From Alphaproteobacteria bacterium (GTDB lineage Bacteria > Pseudomonadota > Alphaproteobacteria > RS24): a DNA stretch of 64,000 nt. The stretch spans positions 11,553-75,552 of the forward strand of contig CBFIIU010000010.1 in the NCBI GenBank assembly GCA_965662735.1. The letters run 5' to 3'. The stretch's first letter is position 1; each line of letters begins with the position of its first letter. Under the pieces are notes generated by a model. That model was given only the letters and a program-made list of their open reading frames with translations. It searched no databases and was not told the origin of the DNA. This document shows, piece by piece, positions 29,336 to 39,634 of this stretch. A program made the position numbers and the translations under genes.

Positions 29336-30361
29336 ATGGTCACGTCGCGCGCCTTAATTATTGGTTTGGCGGGAAGCCAGCTCACATCGGATGAGCGACG
29401 GTTTCTTCGGGAGGTTCGCCCTTGGGGGGTGATTTTATTTGCCCGTAATCTCGAGACAGTGGAGCAAATTCAGGCTCTCGTTTCCGATGTGCAAGAGCAG
29501 TTGGGCGACGCGCATGCGCCGATTTTGATTGATCAAGAAGGGGGACGGGTCGCGCGGCTTCGGCCCCCCTTGGCTCGGCCGCATCCACCAGCTGCCATCT
29601 ATGGTGCGCTCTATCGTGATGACCCCGAGCAGGCGCGCCATGCGTGTTTTTTGGGCGCCCAAAGGCTTGCCGAGGATCTCATTCGTTACGGCATTAATAT
29701 CAACTGTGCGCCCTGTTTGGATGTGCTGCAACCCGATGCGGATGCCATTATTGGCGATCGCGCGTTCAGCGATGATGCTGAATGCGTCGGAGTGCTGGGG
29801 CGTGCTTTTATCGAGGGGTTGCAAGCGGGAGGTGTCTTGCCCGTTATCAAGCACATTCCAGGGCATGGCCGCGCGCAATGCGATAGCCATTTAGCCTTGC
29901 CGATTATTTCAGACGATCTCGACGCATTGCAGCGGGTTGATTTTAAGCCTTTTTCAATGTGTCGCGATGCACCGCTCGCAATGACAGGGCATCTCATGTA
30001 CACCGCCCTCGATGCCGATCAGGTGAGCACTTGTTCACCCACCATCATCCAAAAAGTGATCCGCGATGAAATTGGCTTTTCGGGTTTACTCATGAGTGAC
30101 GATATATCAATGGAGGCGCTCTCCGGTACGCTGCGTGAGCGCGGGCAAGCGGCGATGGCTGCGGGCTGTGATTTGATTTTGCATTGTAATGGACGTTTCT
30201 CGGAAATGCAGGATTTGGCCACGATTGCGCCAGAATTATCCGATACCGCCCAGCGGCAGACCCGAGAAATTTCCGATAGATTGAGCGCGCCCAAAACATC
30301 GACTGTGGCGGATGAGCTTCTCTGGGGAGAACTTGTTTCATCGGTTTGGAAGGCCGATTGA
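29336..30361 (+). CDS. nagZ: beta-N-acetylhexosaminidase (GH3)
   Basis: ILIDQEGGRVARL, VIKHIPGHGRA, GLLMSDDISM. Start placed at ATG 29336 rather than track 29312. Confidence 0.85.
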   Translation: MVTSRALIIGLAGSQLTSDERRFLREVRPWGVILFARNLETVEQIQALVSDVQEQLGDAHAPILIDQEGGRVARLRPPLARPHPPAAIYGALYRDDPEQARHACFLGAQRLAEDLIRYGININCAPCLDVLQPDADAIIGDRAFSDDAECVGVLGRAFIEGLQAGGVLPVIKHIPGHGRAQCDSHLALPIISDDLDALQRVDFKPFSMCRDAPLAMTGHLMYTALDADQVSTCSPTIIQKVIRDEIGFSGLLMSDDISMEALSGTLRERGQAAMAAGCDLILHCNGRFSEMQDLATIAPELSDTAQRQTREISDRLSAPKTSTVADELLWGELVSSVWKAD

Positions 30362-30380
30362 AAAGGGTATAGTTCCGCTC

Positions 30381-31193
30381 ATGAATGAAGTGGCAAATGA
30401 TTCTGCTGAATTTGATCTCTCGAGCACAGTGTTCACTGCCGGAGACCGAGAAAATTGGCGTGTGGATGTCGAGGGGTTCGAAGGGCCCTTAGATGTCTTA
30501 CTGGCGCTTGCGCGAACCCAAAAAGTTGATTTGCGCCAGATTTCGATTTTGCAATTGGCCGAGCAATATCTTGTCTTCATTCGCGACGCCCAAAAACTGA
30601 AATTGGAACTGGCAGCAGATTATCTGGTGATGGCAAGCTGGCTTGCCTATCTCAAGTCGCGCCTTCTATTACCGCGTGAAGAGAATGAAGAGGAAGCGTC
30701 GGCTGAGGAAATGGCGGCGCGCTTGATGTTCCGTCTGCAACGTCTTGATGCTATGCGGGATTGTGCGGCGCGCTTGATGACCCGCAATCTATTGGGGCGC
30801 GATGTGTTTATGCGCGGTATGCCGGATGGCATTCGCGTGAAACGCAATAGCATTTATGAAGCGAGCCTGTTTGAGCTATTATCCTCTTATTCAACGCATC
30901 GTATTCGAAGCTATTACACCGAGTGGTCGCCGCCTGATCTTGATGTCCTCAGTATTGAGCGCGCCCGCATGCGGCTCGAACGCATGCTCGGCGCTTTAAG
31001 CGATTGGGAAAAATTGGACGCGATTTTACTGTCGGAAATTCGTAACCCGGCGAAGCGCCGGACGCACATTGCGAGCGGTTTTAGTGCGGCCCTCGAATTT
31101 GCGCGGGAAGGTCGTATTGAGTTACAGCAAGATCAGAATTTTGGTGAAATTCGGTTGCGGCGGGCGCGGCCGCGACTGGCGGAGGGCCAATGA
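30381..31193 (+). CDS. scpA: segregation and condensation protein A
   Basis: FEGPLDVLLALARTQKVDLRQISILQLAEQY is the canonical ScpA N-terminus. Start placed at ATG 30381 rather than track 30312. Confidence 0.85.
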   Translation: MNEVANDSAEFDLSSTVFTAGDRENWRVDVEGFEGPLDVLLALARTQKVDLRQISILQLAEQYLVFIRDAQKLKLELAADYLVMASWLAYLKSRLLLPREENEEEASAEEMAARLMFRLQRLDAMRDCAARLMTRNLLGRDVFMRGMPDGIRVKRNSIYEASLFELLSSYSTHRIRSYYTEWSPPDLDVLSIERARMRLERMLGALSDWEKLDAILLSEIRNPAKRRTHIASGFSAALEFAREGRIELQQDQNFGEIRLRRARPRLAEGQ

Positions 31194-31891
31194 GCGAGCA
31201 ACCAGATCCTGAGCAAAACACTCCAGCCGAAGTTCATGAGGCGATTGAATTAGACCCGCGCCATTTGCGCATGGCCGAAGCGATTTTATTTGCCGCGAGT
31301 GAGCCCCTTGATCTCGGGAGTGTACGAGACCGTCTGCCGGATGGCGCGCCGATCGAGGCCTTGCTTGCGGCGATTATGGAAAAATATGCAGATGGTGGCT
31401 TTCATTTGGTCGAATTGGCTGGGAAATATGCTTTTCGAACCGCGCCCGATTTGTCATCTGCGCTGCAAAAAGAGGTGAGCCAGCAGCGTCGTCTGTCGCG
31501 GGCCGCACTCGAGACGCTTGCGATCATTGCCTATCACCAGCCGGTTACCCGCGCTGAAATTGAGGATATTCGCGGGGTGGCCGTGTCTAAGGGCACGATC
31601 GATGTTCTGTTGGAAAGCGAATGGGTTAAAATCCGTGGCCGTCGGCGCGTTCCGGGTCGGCCGGTCACATATGGCACCACCGATTATTTCCTCACTTATT
31701 TCGATCTCGCCTCTGTTAAAGATCTCCCGGGGCTTGAGGAATTACGATCGGCAGGTCTTCTCGATGGGCGACTACCTCCCGGGTTTTCAATCCCAGAGCC
31801 GGATCCGGATAATGATCCAGAAGAAGATCCGCTCGATCTTGATGACGATGGGTTGGAGCCGCTCGAAATGGATCTCGAAGAGACGGAGTGA
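31190..31891 (+). CDS. scpB: segregation and condensation protein B
   Basis: 233-aa ORF with AEAILFAASEPL, LETLAIIAYHQPVTRAEIEDIRGV, PGRPVTYGTT, and an acidic tail. ATGA overlap with scpA. Confidence 0.85.
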   Translation: MSEQPDPEQNTPAEVHEAIELDPRHLRMAEAILFAASEPLDLGSVRDRLPDGAPIEALLAAIMEKYADGGFHLVELAGKYAFRTAPDLSSALQKEVSQQRRLSRAALETLAIIAYHQPVTRAEIEDIRGVAVSKGTIDVLLESEWVKIRGRRRVPGRPVTYGTTDYFLTYFDLASVKDLPGLEELRSAGLLDGRLPPGFSIPEPDPDNDPEEDPLDLDDDGLEPLEMDLEETE

Positions 31892-32955
31892 GCCACTCCA
31901 TGCCCCATCTTCTGACTATTCAAGATTTGTCGTGCCAACTGGGCGGCAATCTTGTTGTCAATGATTTGTCGTTAACGGTTGCGACAGAGGAAACCGTTTG
32001 TCTGCTGGGGCCATCGGGGTGCGGTAAATCGACGACGCTAAGGCTGATTGCGGGGCTCGAACGTGCGCATACGGGACGCATTCTCATTGATGATGTTGTT
32101 GTGGAGCAGGCAGGGCAGACGAGTGTCGCGCCAGAGCATCGCGGTCTTGGCTATTTATTTCAAGAATATGCGCTGTTTCCGCATTTAACGCTCGAGCAAA
32201 ATGTCGCCTTCGGTCTTACGGCTTTAGCGGCGTCCGAGCGCCGTATTCGGGTTAATGCGCTCATCGAGCGCATTGGTCTGGCTCATTTGAAAAACGCCTA
32301 TCCAAACAGTTTATCGGGTGGCGAGCAACAACGGGTGGCGCTAGCGCGGGCATTAGCAGCGCGACCCAGATTGATGCTCATGGATGAGCCTTTTTCAAGT
32401 CTCGATCCGCAATTGCGCTCTGATATGCGTGTGATGATTAAGTCGATGCTGGGTGAGGGGGGAATGGGCTCGGTGATCGTCACCCATGATGCTGATGATG
32501 CCATGGCGCTCGCAGATCGAATTGCGGTCATGATTGACGGAAAAATAGTGCAATCCGGCACCCCTCAGTCGCTGTATTATCAGCCACTGAACCGAACCAT
32601 TGCGCATATATTTGGCGGGTTTAATGAACTCTCACTTGATGAGGCGTCTCAATTATTTCCCGAGATACCGTCGAGAGCGCCTGCATCGGCTCGGTCAATG
32701 GCTGTACGGTTTGCGGATATCCTGCCAAACCCTATGGCGGGTTCCGCGCCAGGGTATTCTGCCCATCCAAAAGATCTGCTGAATTTCTCTGCTGATGTCG
32801 CAATTCTTCGACAAATGGGCAGTTATGCGCAATGCACCTTGGCACTGCCGTCTGGTCAAACATGGCGGATGGATTGGTACGGAATTCCGCCACAGACAGG
32901 CCGCCATGAATTGATGATCCCGGTTGACCGTATCGTCTTTTTCGACGACAACTAA
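31888..32955 (+). CDS. orphan ABC importer-type ATP-binding protein (PotA/FbpC-like, with C-terminal regulatory domain)
   Basis: Walker A GPSGCGKST, signature LSGGEQQRVALARAL, Walker B LMLMDEPFSSLD. No permease or binding-protein gene is adjacent. Start is GTG 31888 (overlapping the scpB stop) or ATG 31910. Confidence 0.8.
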   Translation: MSHSMPHLLTIQDLSCQLGGNLVVNDLSLTVATEETVCLLGPSGCGKSTTLRLIAGLERAHTGRILIDDVVVEQAGQTSVAPEHRGLGYLFQEYALFPHLTLEQNVAFGLTALAASERRIRVNALIERIGLAHLKNAYPNSLSGGEQQRVALARALAARPRLMLMDEPFSSLDPQLRSDMRVMIKSMLGEGGMGSVIVTHDADDAMALADRIAVMIDGKIVQSGTPQSLYYQPLNRTIAHIFGGFNELSLDEASQLFPEIPSRAPASARSMAVRFADILPNPMAGSAPGYSAHPKDLLNFSADVAILRQMGSYAQCTLALPSGQTWRMDWYGIPPQTGRHELMIPVDRIVFFDDN

Positions 32956-32987
32956 AAACAACTAATCGACTTTTTTAGGATTTTATT

Positions 32988-33200
32988 ATGGGCATTAGCT
33001 GGGTACAAATTTTAGTTGTCGTTGTTTTGCTGGTTCTGCTTTTTGGGCGCGGAAGAATTTCGTCGCTGATGGGCGACGTGGCGCGCGGCATTAAAAGTTT
33101 CAAAGCAGGCCTGCGAGAAGATATCGACGCCGATATCGTGCAGGATGATCCCCCTATTGTTGATCATAAGCCCAAGCAAGACACGTCGAAAACAAAGTAA
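32988..33200 (+). CDS. tatA: twin-arginine translocase subunit TatA
   Basis: 70-aa ORF: [39 protein letters not shown]. Confidence 0.9.
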   Translation: MGISWVQILVVVVLLVLLFGRGRISSLMGDVARGIKSFKAGLREDIDADIVQDDPPIVDHKPKQDTSKTK

Positions 33201-33221
33201 GGTGCAAAGCTAGGTCGCACC

Positions 33222-33659
33222 ATGTTTGATATTGGCTGGACCGAATTGGTCGTCTTGGGTCTCGTAATCTTGATTGTGCTCGGCCCCAGCGAAATCCCGA
33301 CCGTGTTGCGATGGATCGGACGGATCACTGGGCAAATACGCCGTGTCGCCCTCGAATTTCAACGCAATTTAGCATCAATGGATCATCTGACCTCGGGCGA
33401 CCCGTTTGCAGATAGCCACCCCCCCAAAAATCGATCGGACGGCCCCAAAGCCGGTTCTGGCCAGCGCACAGTTGCGCCCCCCAAATCCGAGACGGATCAA
33501 ACCCCTTTGGAGGGTGATCTATTTGCCTCAATGCCGGACATTTCCGATGCGCTATCGGATCCTATATCAGGGTCAGAAAAACGATCAGCAAGCCGCTCTG
33601 GCAAAGGCCCTAAAAAAACATCACGGGTCGCCTCTAAAGTAAAAAACGAGGGCTCCTGA
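33222..33659 (+). CDS. tatB: twin-arginine translocase subunit TatB
   Basis: 145-aa ORF: MFDIGWTELVVLGLVILIVLGPSEIP...QIRRVALEFQ. Confidence 0.85.
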   Translation: MFDIGWTELVVLGLVILIVLGPSEIPTVLRWIGRITGQIRRVALEFQRNLASMDHLTSGDPFADSHPPKNRSDGPKAGSGQRTVAPPKSETDQTPLEGDLFASMPDISDALSDPISGSEKRSASRSGKGPKKTSRVASKVKNEGS

Positions 33660-34456
33660 TGCACGCGTCAGATGATGAAGCGGAGATTGCACGCTCAGAG
33701 GCCCCTTTGATTGAGCATTTGGTGGAGCTCCGGACACGTATTTTATGGATATTGGCGATTTTTCTGGTCGCCTTAATTGGCTGTTTATCTTTCGCGGATG
33801 ATATTTTTCGCCTGCTCCTCATTCCCTATGAACGGGCCGCAGGGACAACCAACAAACTTGAGCTCATCTACACCGCGCCGCATGAGTTTTTCTTTACGCA
33901 AATTAAGCTCGCAATGTTCGGCGCCATTTTCGTCGGCTTTCCGGCCTATGCATATCAAATTTACCGGTTTATAGCCCCGGGCTTGTATCGAAGTGAGCGG
34001 CGCATGCTGGTGCCGTTTTTGATTGGGGCGCCGGTTTTGTTTTGTCTGGGCGCGGGTCTTGTTTTCTTCGTGATCATGCCACTCGCGCTCGATTTTTTCT
34101 TGAATATGCAACAGGTCGATACCTCTGGCGCAGATATTCGAATGCTCAATCGCGTGAGTGAATATTTGTCCTTTACAATGGTTCTCATGCTGGCCTTTGG
34201 CTTATGTTTCCAGCTGCCCATCATCCTGATTGTGTTAGGTCGGATAGGCATCGTGTCAGCCGATGGGTTACGCAGCAAAAGACGTTACGCAATTGTCATC
34301 ACCTTTGCGGTTGCCGCTCTTTTAACGCCGCCCGATCTGATCAGCCAAATTGGCCTCGCGATCCCGACGCTCATATTGTACGAATTGTCGATATTTGCGG
34401 TTGCTCTGCTAGAGAAAAAACGGCAAGAAACGATTGATGCAGAGCTAAGCGATTGA
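33659..34456 (+). CDS. tatC: twin-arginine translocase subunit TatC
   Basis: 265-aa six-TM ORF with PLIEHLVELRTR and LTPPDLISQ. Its start overlaps the tatB stop. Confidence 0.9.
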   Translation: MHASDDEAEIARSEAPLIEHLVELRTRILWILAIFLVALIGCLSFADDIFRLLLIPYERAAGTTNKLELIYTAPHEFFFTQIKLAMFGAIFVGFPAYAYQIYRFIAPGLYRSERRMLVPFLIGAPVLFCLGAGLVFFVIMPLALDFFLNMQQVDTSGADIRMLNRVSEYLSFTMVLMLAFGLCFQLPIILIVLGRIGIVSADGLRSKRRYAIVITFAVAALLTPPDLISQIGLAIPTLILYELSIFAVALLEKKRQETIDAELSD

Positions 34457-34537
34457 TGCGTCGGGCTCGGAAATCGTATGAACTCAGTAAACTGAACTAA
34501 GAGGGTGTGAGGTTCCGACTCACGTTATTTTCTGTCC

Positions 34538-35821
34538 ATGCTTGATATTCATTACATTCGCGAAAATGCAGATCTGGTCGATGCCTTATTAGCGCGGCGA
34601 GGGCATGCACCGGTTTCGTCGGATATTCTGGCCCTCGACCAAGCGCGGCGTGCCGCCGTCACCCATGCGCAAGATCTTCAGTCGGCGCGCAATGCCGCCT
34701 CTAAAGGCATTGGTGCGGCTAAAGCAAGTGGCGACGAGGCTGAGGCACAGCGGCTCATGGCTGAGGTGGCTGACCTCAAACAGGCTTTGCAGGAAGCGGA
34801 AGAGGGCGAGAGGCTTGCCGATGAGGCATTGCGGGCGGCGCTTGCGCCGATCCCTAATCTGCCGCTTGACGATGTTCCGGTTGGGTCGGATGAGGCCGAT
34901 AATGTTGAGATCCGAAAAATTGGCACGATCACCGATCGTGGCGATATTGAGCAGCATTTTGAGATTGGGGAAGCCTTGGGGCTCATGGATTTCAATAGTG
35001 CGGGTCAAATTGCCGGCTCCCGCTTTGTTGTCTTGCGTGGCGGGCTGGCCCGCTTGGAGCGAGCGCTCGGTAATTTTATGCTGGATGTTCACACACAAGA
35101 ATTCGGGTACACCGAAATTGTGCCGCCATTGCTTGTGAGAGATGAAAGTTTATTTGGTACCGGACAATTGCCTAAATTTGCCGATGATCAATTTAAGACA
35201 ACCGATGGGCGATGGCTGATCCCGACGGCGGAAGTGCCGCTCACCAATTTGGTGCGTGAGACCATTTTGGAGGCCGAGAACTTACCTCTTCGTGTGACCG
35301 CCTATACACCGTGTTTCCGTTCTGAAGCGGGAGCGGCGGGCCGCGACACCCGTGGGATGATCCGCCAGCATCAATTCTCTAAAGTTGAACTTGTCAGTGT
35401 CGTCGAAGAAGCGGATGGATTGTCCGAATTGGAGCGCATGACGCACTGCGCGGAGACCATTTTGCAACGTCTCGACCTCAGCTATCGTGTAATGGCGCTG
35501 TCGACGGGTGACATGGGCTTTTCTGCGCGCAAAACATATGATCTAGAGGTCTGGCTGCCTGGGCAAAAAGCCTATCGCGAGATTTCGAGCTGCAGCTATT
35601 GCGGAGATTTCCAGGCGCGGCGCATGAATGCGCGTTACCGGTTTAAGGGCGATAAACAAACGCACTTTGCGCACACCTTAAATGGGTCTGGCTTGGCAGT
35701 GGGACGAACCATGGTGGCTATTTTAGAAAATTATCTGCAAGAGGATGGTTCTGTTCTTATCCCTGAGGCTTTGCATCCTTATTTTGGCGGACAAACAAAG
35801 ATAGAAAAGAGTGCAATATGA
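34538..35821 (+). CDS. serS: serine--tRNA ligase
   Basis: 427-aa ORF with N-terminal coiled coil, class II motifs [24 protein letters not shown] and [12 protein letters not shown]. Confidence 0.95.
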   Translation: MLDIHYIRENADLVDALLARRGHAPVSSDILALDQARRAAVTHAQDLQSARNAASKGIGAAKASGDEAEAQRLMAEVADLKQALQEAEEGERLADEALRAALAPIPNLPLDDVPVGSDEADNVEIRKIGTITDRGDIEQHFEIGEALGLMDFNSAGQIAGSRFVVLRGGLARLERALGNFMLDVHTQEFGYTEIVPPLLVRDESLFGTGQLPKFADDQFKTTDGRWLIPTAEVPLTNLVRETILEAENLPLRVTAYTPCFRSEAGAAGRDTRGMIRQHQFSKVELVSVVEEADGLSELERMTHCAETILQRLDLSYRVMALSTGDMGFSARKTYDLEVWLPGQKAYREISSCSYCGDFQARRMNARYRFKGDKQTHFAHTLNGSGLAVGRTMVAILENYLQEDGSVLIPEALHPYFGGQTKIEKSAI

Positions 35822-36603
35822 AAAAGCCAATTGGCCGTATTTTAGTCACCAATGATGACGGTGTTGATGCGCCGGGGCTCAAAACAGCGCGCAAAATTGC
35901 GGCGGCCTTATCGGATGATGTCTGGGTGGTCGCGCCGCGTGAAGAGCATAGTGGGGCCAGCCATTCGCTGAGCCTGACCCGACCTTTGCGCCTCTACCGC
36001 AGAGCGCCAAAAATTTATGCTGTCACCGGAACGCCGACCGATTGTGTGATGGTGGCCACGCGTTCATTGCTCCGCGATGCGCTTCCTGATCTTGTTTTGT
36101 CGGGCGTTAATTTTGGACAAAATCTTGCCGAGGATGTGAGCTATTCTGGCACGGTGGCCGGCGCCAAAGAAGGCACGGTGATGGGCATTCCGTCGATCGC
36201 GCTGAGCCAAGCAATACGCCTCGACGGCACGCGCAAGCCGCGTTTTGCAGTCGCAGAGAAACACGCACCGAACATTATCAAAAAGCTTGTTGAGATGGGA
36301 TGGCCGCGGGGCACCTTAATGAATATTAATTTTCCAGATGTCGACCCGCATGATAAATGCGACGTGCGGATAACGAAGCAAGGTCGGCGCGATACCCATC
36401 TTCTTAAATTAATGGAGCGCGAAGATCCTCGGGGCGTTCCTTATTTTTGGTATGACTTTGATCGTCGTATTCAAAAGACGGTTGCGGGCTCTGACATGGA
36501 TGCGGTCTATTCCGGCATGATTTCGATCACGCCGCTTAAAATGGACCATACGGATACGGCGATCCATCGCCGCCTATCAGAGGCTTTTTCAACGGGAAAA
36601 TGA
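35818..36603 (+). CDS. surE: 5'/3'-nucleotidase SurE
   Basis: 261-aa ORF with [13 protein letters not shown] and [13 protein letters not shown] overlap with serS. Confidence 0.9.
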   Translation: MKKPIGRILVTNDDGVDAPGLKTARKIAAALSDDVWVVAPREEHSGASHSLSLTRPLRLYRRAPKIYAVTGTPTDCVMVATRSLLRDALPDLVLSGVNFGQNLAEDVSYSGTVAGAKEGTVMGIPSIALSQAIRLDGTRKPRFAVAEKHAPNIIKKLVEMGWPRGTLMNINFPDVDPHDKCDVRITKQGRRDTHLLKLMEREDPRGVPYFWYDFDRRIQKTVAGSDMDAVYSGMISITPLKMDHTDTAIHRRLSEAFSTGK

Positions 36604-37538
36604 GACGGCGTTATTTCCCTCTAGCGCATCTCCCCCTGTTGCTGAGCCTCTCGGTACTCGCTTCATGCGCGGTGCGCTCAGGCGAATGGTATGACACTCA
36701 AAAAGGCGCCAAACCTAATTTCTTTGAACGCCTCGCTGCCCGTTCGTCAGCGGAGCGCTCGACACAAACCGCACAACCCCTAAAAAAAGGGGTGGTGCGT
36801 GTACGCCGTGGCGATAGCTACTATTCCATCGCGCAACGGTATCGGGTTTCGATGCCCGCATTAATGGCCGCGAATAATGCCAAACCACCGTTTAAGTTGC
36901 GGGAAGGGCAAGAGGTGCGGCTCCCCAAGCCCTCCTTTCATACTGTGCGGCGGGGAGATACGCTTTACAGTCTCGCTCAAACCTATCAAGTGCGGTTGTC
37001 AGAGTTGGTTCAGCTGAACGGCAATCTTAATCCCAAAGATTTGCGCGTCGGGATGAAATTGGCTCTTCCGGGGTCGATCGCCGAGGCACGTTCGTCTGCG
37101 TCGTCAACCGCTTCAGCTCGAAATACATCGCGTCCGCCAGCCATTCGCGCGGCCGCTCCGCCGCGCAAGGGGCGCTTTATTCAACCCGTCAATGGACGCG
37201 TGATTTCAAACTTTGGGCCGAAAGCTGGTGGCCTCCATAATGATGGCATCAATATTTCCGCCCCCGCGGGTACGCCGGTGAAGGCTGTCGAGAACGGCGT
37301 CGTGGTTTATGCGGGAAACGAATTGCGCGGCTATGGAAATCTGGTGCTGGTCCGCCACAAAGATGGCTGGGTGTCTGCCTATGCGCATGTTCAATCATTT
37401 GCGGTTAAACCGGGGCAGCAAGTCAAGCAAGGTGATATTGTTGGGCGGGTTGGGCAATCGGGGAATGTGGATACGCCGCAACTGCATTTTGAAATTCGTC
37501 GCGGAACGCAGGCCGTTGATCCCCGATCCGTATTGTAA
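36600..37538 (+). CDS. LysM-domain / M23 peptidase lipoprotein (NlpD-like)
   Basis: Lipobox LSVLASC. Two LysM units (YYSIAQRYRVSMPALMAANN; LYSLAQTYQVRLSELVQLNG). M23 core GINISAPAGTPVKAVENGVVVYAG...YAHV...PQLHFEIR. ATGA overlap with surE. Confidence 0.85.
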   Translation: MRRRYFPLAHLPLLLSLSVLASCAVRSGEWYDTQKGAKPNFFERLAARSSAERSTQTAQPLKKGVVRVRRGDSYYSIAQRYRVSMPALMAANNAKPPFKLREGQEVRLPKPSFHTVRRGDTLYSLAQTYQVRLSELVQLNGNLNPKDLRVGMKLALPGSIAEARSSASSTASARNTSRPPAIRAAAPPRKGRFIQPVNGRVISNFGPKAGGLHNDGINISAPAGTPVKAVENGVVVYAGNELRGYGNLVLVRHKDGWVSAYAHVQSFAVKPGQQVKQGDIVGRVGQSGNVDTPQLHFEIRRGTQAVDPRSVL

Positions 37539-37679
37539 ACACCATTTCAGGCATCGCGACCCGTATGGATGGTGGGCTTGTCACTTTATGATGTTTTACA
37601 CCCATAAACCCTTGTCCAAAGGATTGAAAAAGCAAGTGATTCATCTATAGTCCCATGAGTTTCTAAATAGGGGAATTTT

Positions 37680-38003
37680 ATGTTCATCACTCCAGCCTAC
37701 GCTCAAGCGGCAACCACGGGCGGCAGCCTTTTTGAGCTGTTTTTTCCGCTTATTTTGGTGTTTGCCATTATTTATTTCATGATCTTGCGGCCGCAACAAA
37801 AGCGACAAAAAGAACATGCTCAAATGATTGAAGCGCTGCGGCGCGGTGACCGTGTGATCACGCAAGGCGGCATTATTGGAAAAGTGAGTAAAGTCCATGA
37901 CGATGAGCTCGAGATCGAAATTTCTGATGGTGTGCGCGTGCATGTGATCAAAAACATGGTTGTTTCAGTAAATAGTAAGAGCGAACCCGCTAAATCGGAA
38001 TAA
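37680..38003 (+). CDS. yajC: preprotein translocase subunit YajC
   Basis: 107-aa ORF with ILRPQQKRQKEH...LRRGDRVITQGGIIGKV. Confidence 0.9.
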   Translation: MFITPAYAQAATTGGSLFELFFPLILVFAIIYFMILRPQQKRQKEHAQMIEALRRGDRVITQGGIIGKVSKVHDDELEIEISDGVRVHVIKNMVVSVNSKSEPAKSE

Positions 38004-38006
38004 ACC

Positions 38007-39623
38007 ATGCTGAATTTTTCATCCTACAAAATGATTGGCGTGTTGGGCGTGGTTGCGTTCGGCATTTTGTTCTCGGCGCCAAATTTTATGAGCCAATCTA
38101 TGCGGGAGAGTGTTTCTGGTTTTTTGCCCAGTAACACGTTGAACCTCGGTCTGGATTTGCGCGGAGGCTCGCATTTGCTGCTCGAGGTCGACACAAATAG
38201 TGTTGAAACCGAGCGCCTCGAATCTCTGGTCTCGGATATTCGGGTCGAGCTGCGAACGGCGTCAGTCGGCTATACCGGGCTGGGTCTCAAGAATAACGCG
38301 GTCGAACTGACTTTGCGTGACAGCGATCAAATGGATGCAGCGAGAGAAGCGCTCAAGGCGCTTGATCAGCCTGTCTTTGGAAATTTGTTTGCTGCAGGCG
38401 TAACCGCGAGCGAGCTGGTGATCGAGCAAGCGGGCGAGCGTGGTTTACGCGTGTCGTTTTCTCCCGAAGCCGTGCAAGCGCGGCTCGCGCGAACGGTGCA
38501 ACAATCGATCGAAATTATTCGACGCCGGGTCGACGAGTTGGGAACCACCGAGCCGGTGATCCAGCGGCAGGGTGATAATCGCATTGTCGTGCAGGTCCCT
38601 GGCTTGGATGATCCCGAACGTCTCAAGGCGCTTTTGGGGCAAACGGCGAAGCTCAATTTTCATCTCGTCGATCCCAATGTCTCCGCTTACGAGGCTCAGC
38701 AAACGCGTCGCATGCCTCCCGGTACCATGATCGTGTTCTCCGAGTCCGAGCCGGCCATACCCTATCTCATCCAGCGCCGGGCAATGGTCAGTGGGGAGCG
38801 TTTAGTTGACGCGAGCATGGGGTTTGATCCGAGTACCGGATCGCCCGAAGTTCTTTTCCGCTTCGACACAGTAGGAGCAAAACGATTTGGTGAAGTGACC
38901 AAAGCCAATGTGGGGCGTCCCTTTGCCATCGTGCTCGATGGCAAGGTTATATCTGCACCAGTCATCCAGACTGCGATTTTGGGTGGATCGGGTCGGATTA
39001 CCGGCAATTTCTCTGTGCAAGAAGCAAATGATCTCTCTATTTTGCTGCGGGCGGGCGCCTTGCCTGCACCAATGTATATTCTTGAAGAGCGAACAGTCGG
39101 GCCGGGTCTGGGTGCGGACTCGATTGAAGCGGGTGAAAAAGCTCTGGCGATTGGTTTCGTAGCCGTCGTGGTTTTCATGATATTGAGCTACAATCTTTTT
39201 GGTGTGTTCGCCAATGTGGCGCTGGTCGCAAACTTAATTCTGATCATGGGGGCGTTATCGGCTCTGCAGGCGACGCTGACGCTTCCGGGGATTGCGGGGA
39301 TCGTTCTCACCGTTGGTATGGCCGTTGACGCCAATGTTCTGATTTTTGAGCGTATTCGGGAAGAAATGGCGGAGGGGCGAGGGCCTTTAATTGCCATTGA
39401 GCGAGGATACGGACAAGCTCTGAGCACAATTATGGATGCCAATATTACGACGCTTTTGGCCGGTATTATTTTGTTTCAATTGGGGTCAGGCCCAATCCGG
39501 GGTTTTGCTGTGACGCTGGCCATCGGCATTGTGTCCTCCGTCTTCACAGCCTTTGTGCTGACCCGCTTGTTCATCGCCCTTTGGGTGCGCAATCACCGTC
39601 GCGATGTCACCTTGCCGGTGTGA
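38007..39623 (+). CDS. secD: protein translocase subunit SecD
   Basis: 538-aa ORF with LGLDLRGGSHLLLEVD, a large periplasmic domain, and C-terminal six TM segments with GMAVDANVLIFERIREE. Confidence 0.95.
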   Translation: MLNFSSYKMIGVLGVVAFGILFSAPNFMSQSMRESVSGFLPSNTLNLGLDLRGGSHLLLEVDTNSVETERLESLVSDIRVELRTASVGYTGLGLKNNAVELTLRDSDQMDAAREALKALDQPVFGNLFAAGVTASELVIEQAGERGLRVSFSPEAVQARLARTVQQSIEIIRRRVDELGTTEPVIQRQGDNRIVVQVPGLDDPERLKALLGQTAKLNFHLVDPNVSAYEAQQTRRMPPGTMIVFSESEPAIPYLIQRRAMVSGERLVDASMGFDPSTGSPEVLFRFDTVGAKRFGEVTKANVGRPFAIVLDGKVISAPVIQTAILGGSGRITGNFSVQEANDLSILLRAGALPAPMYILEERTVGPGLGADSIEAGEKALAIGFVAVVVFMILSYNLFGVFANVALVANLILIMGALSALQATLTLPGIAGIVLTVGMAVDANVLIFERIREEMAEGRGPLIAIERGYGQALSTIMDANITTLLAGIILFQLGSGPIRGFAVTLAIGIVSSVFTAFVLTRLFIALWVRNHRRDVTLPV

Positions 39624-39634
39624 GGAGAAAATAA

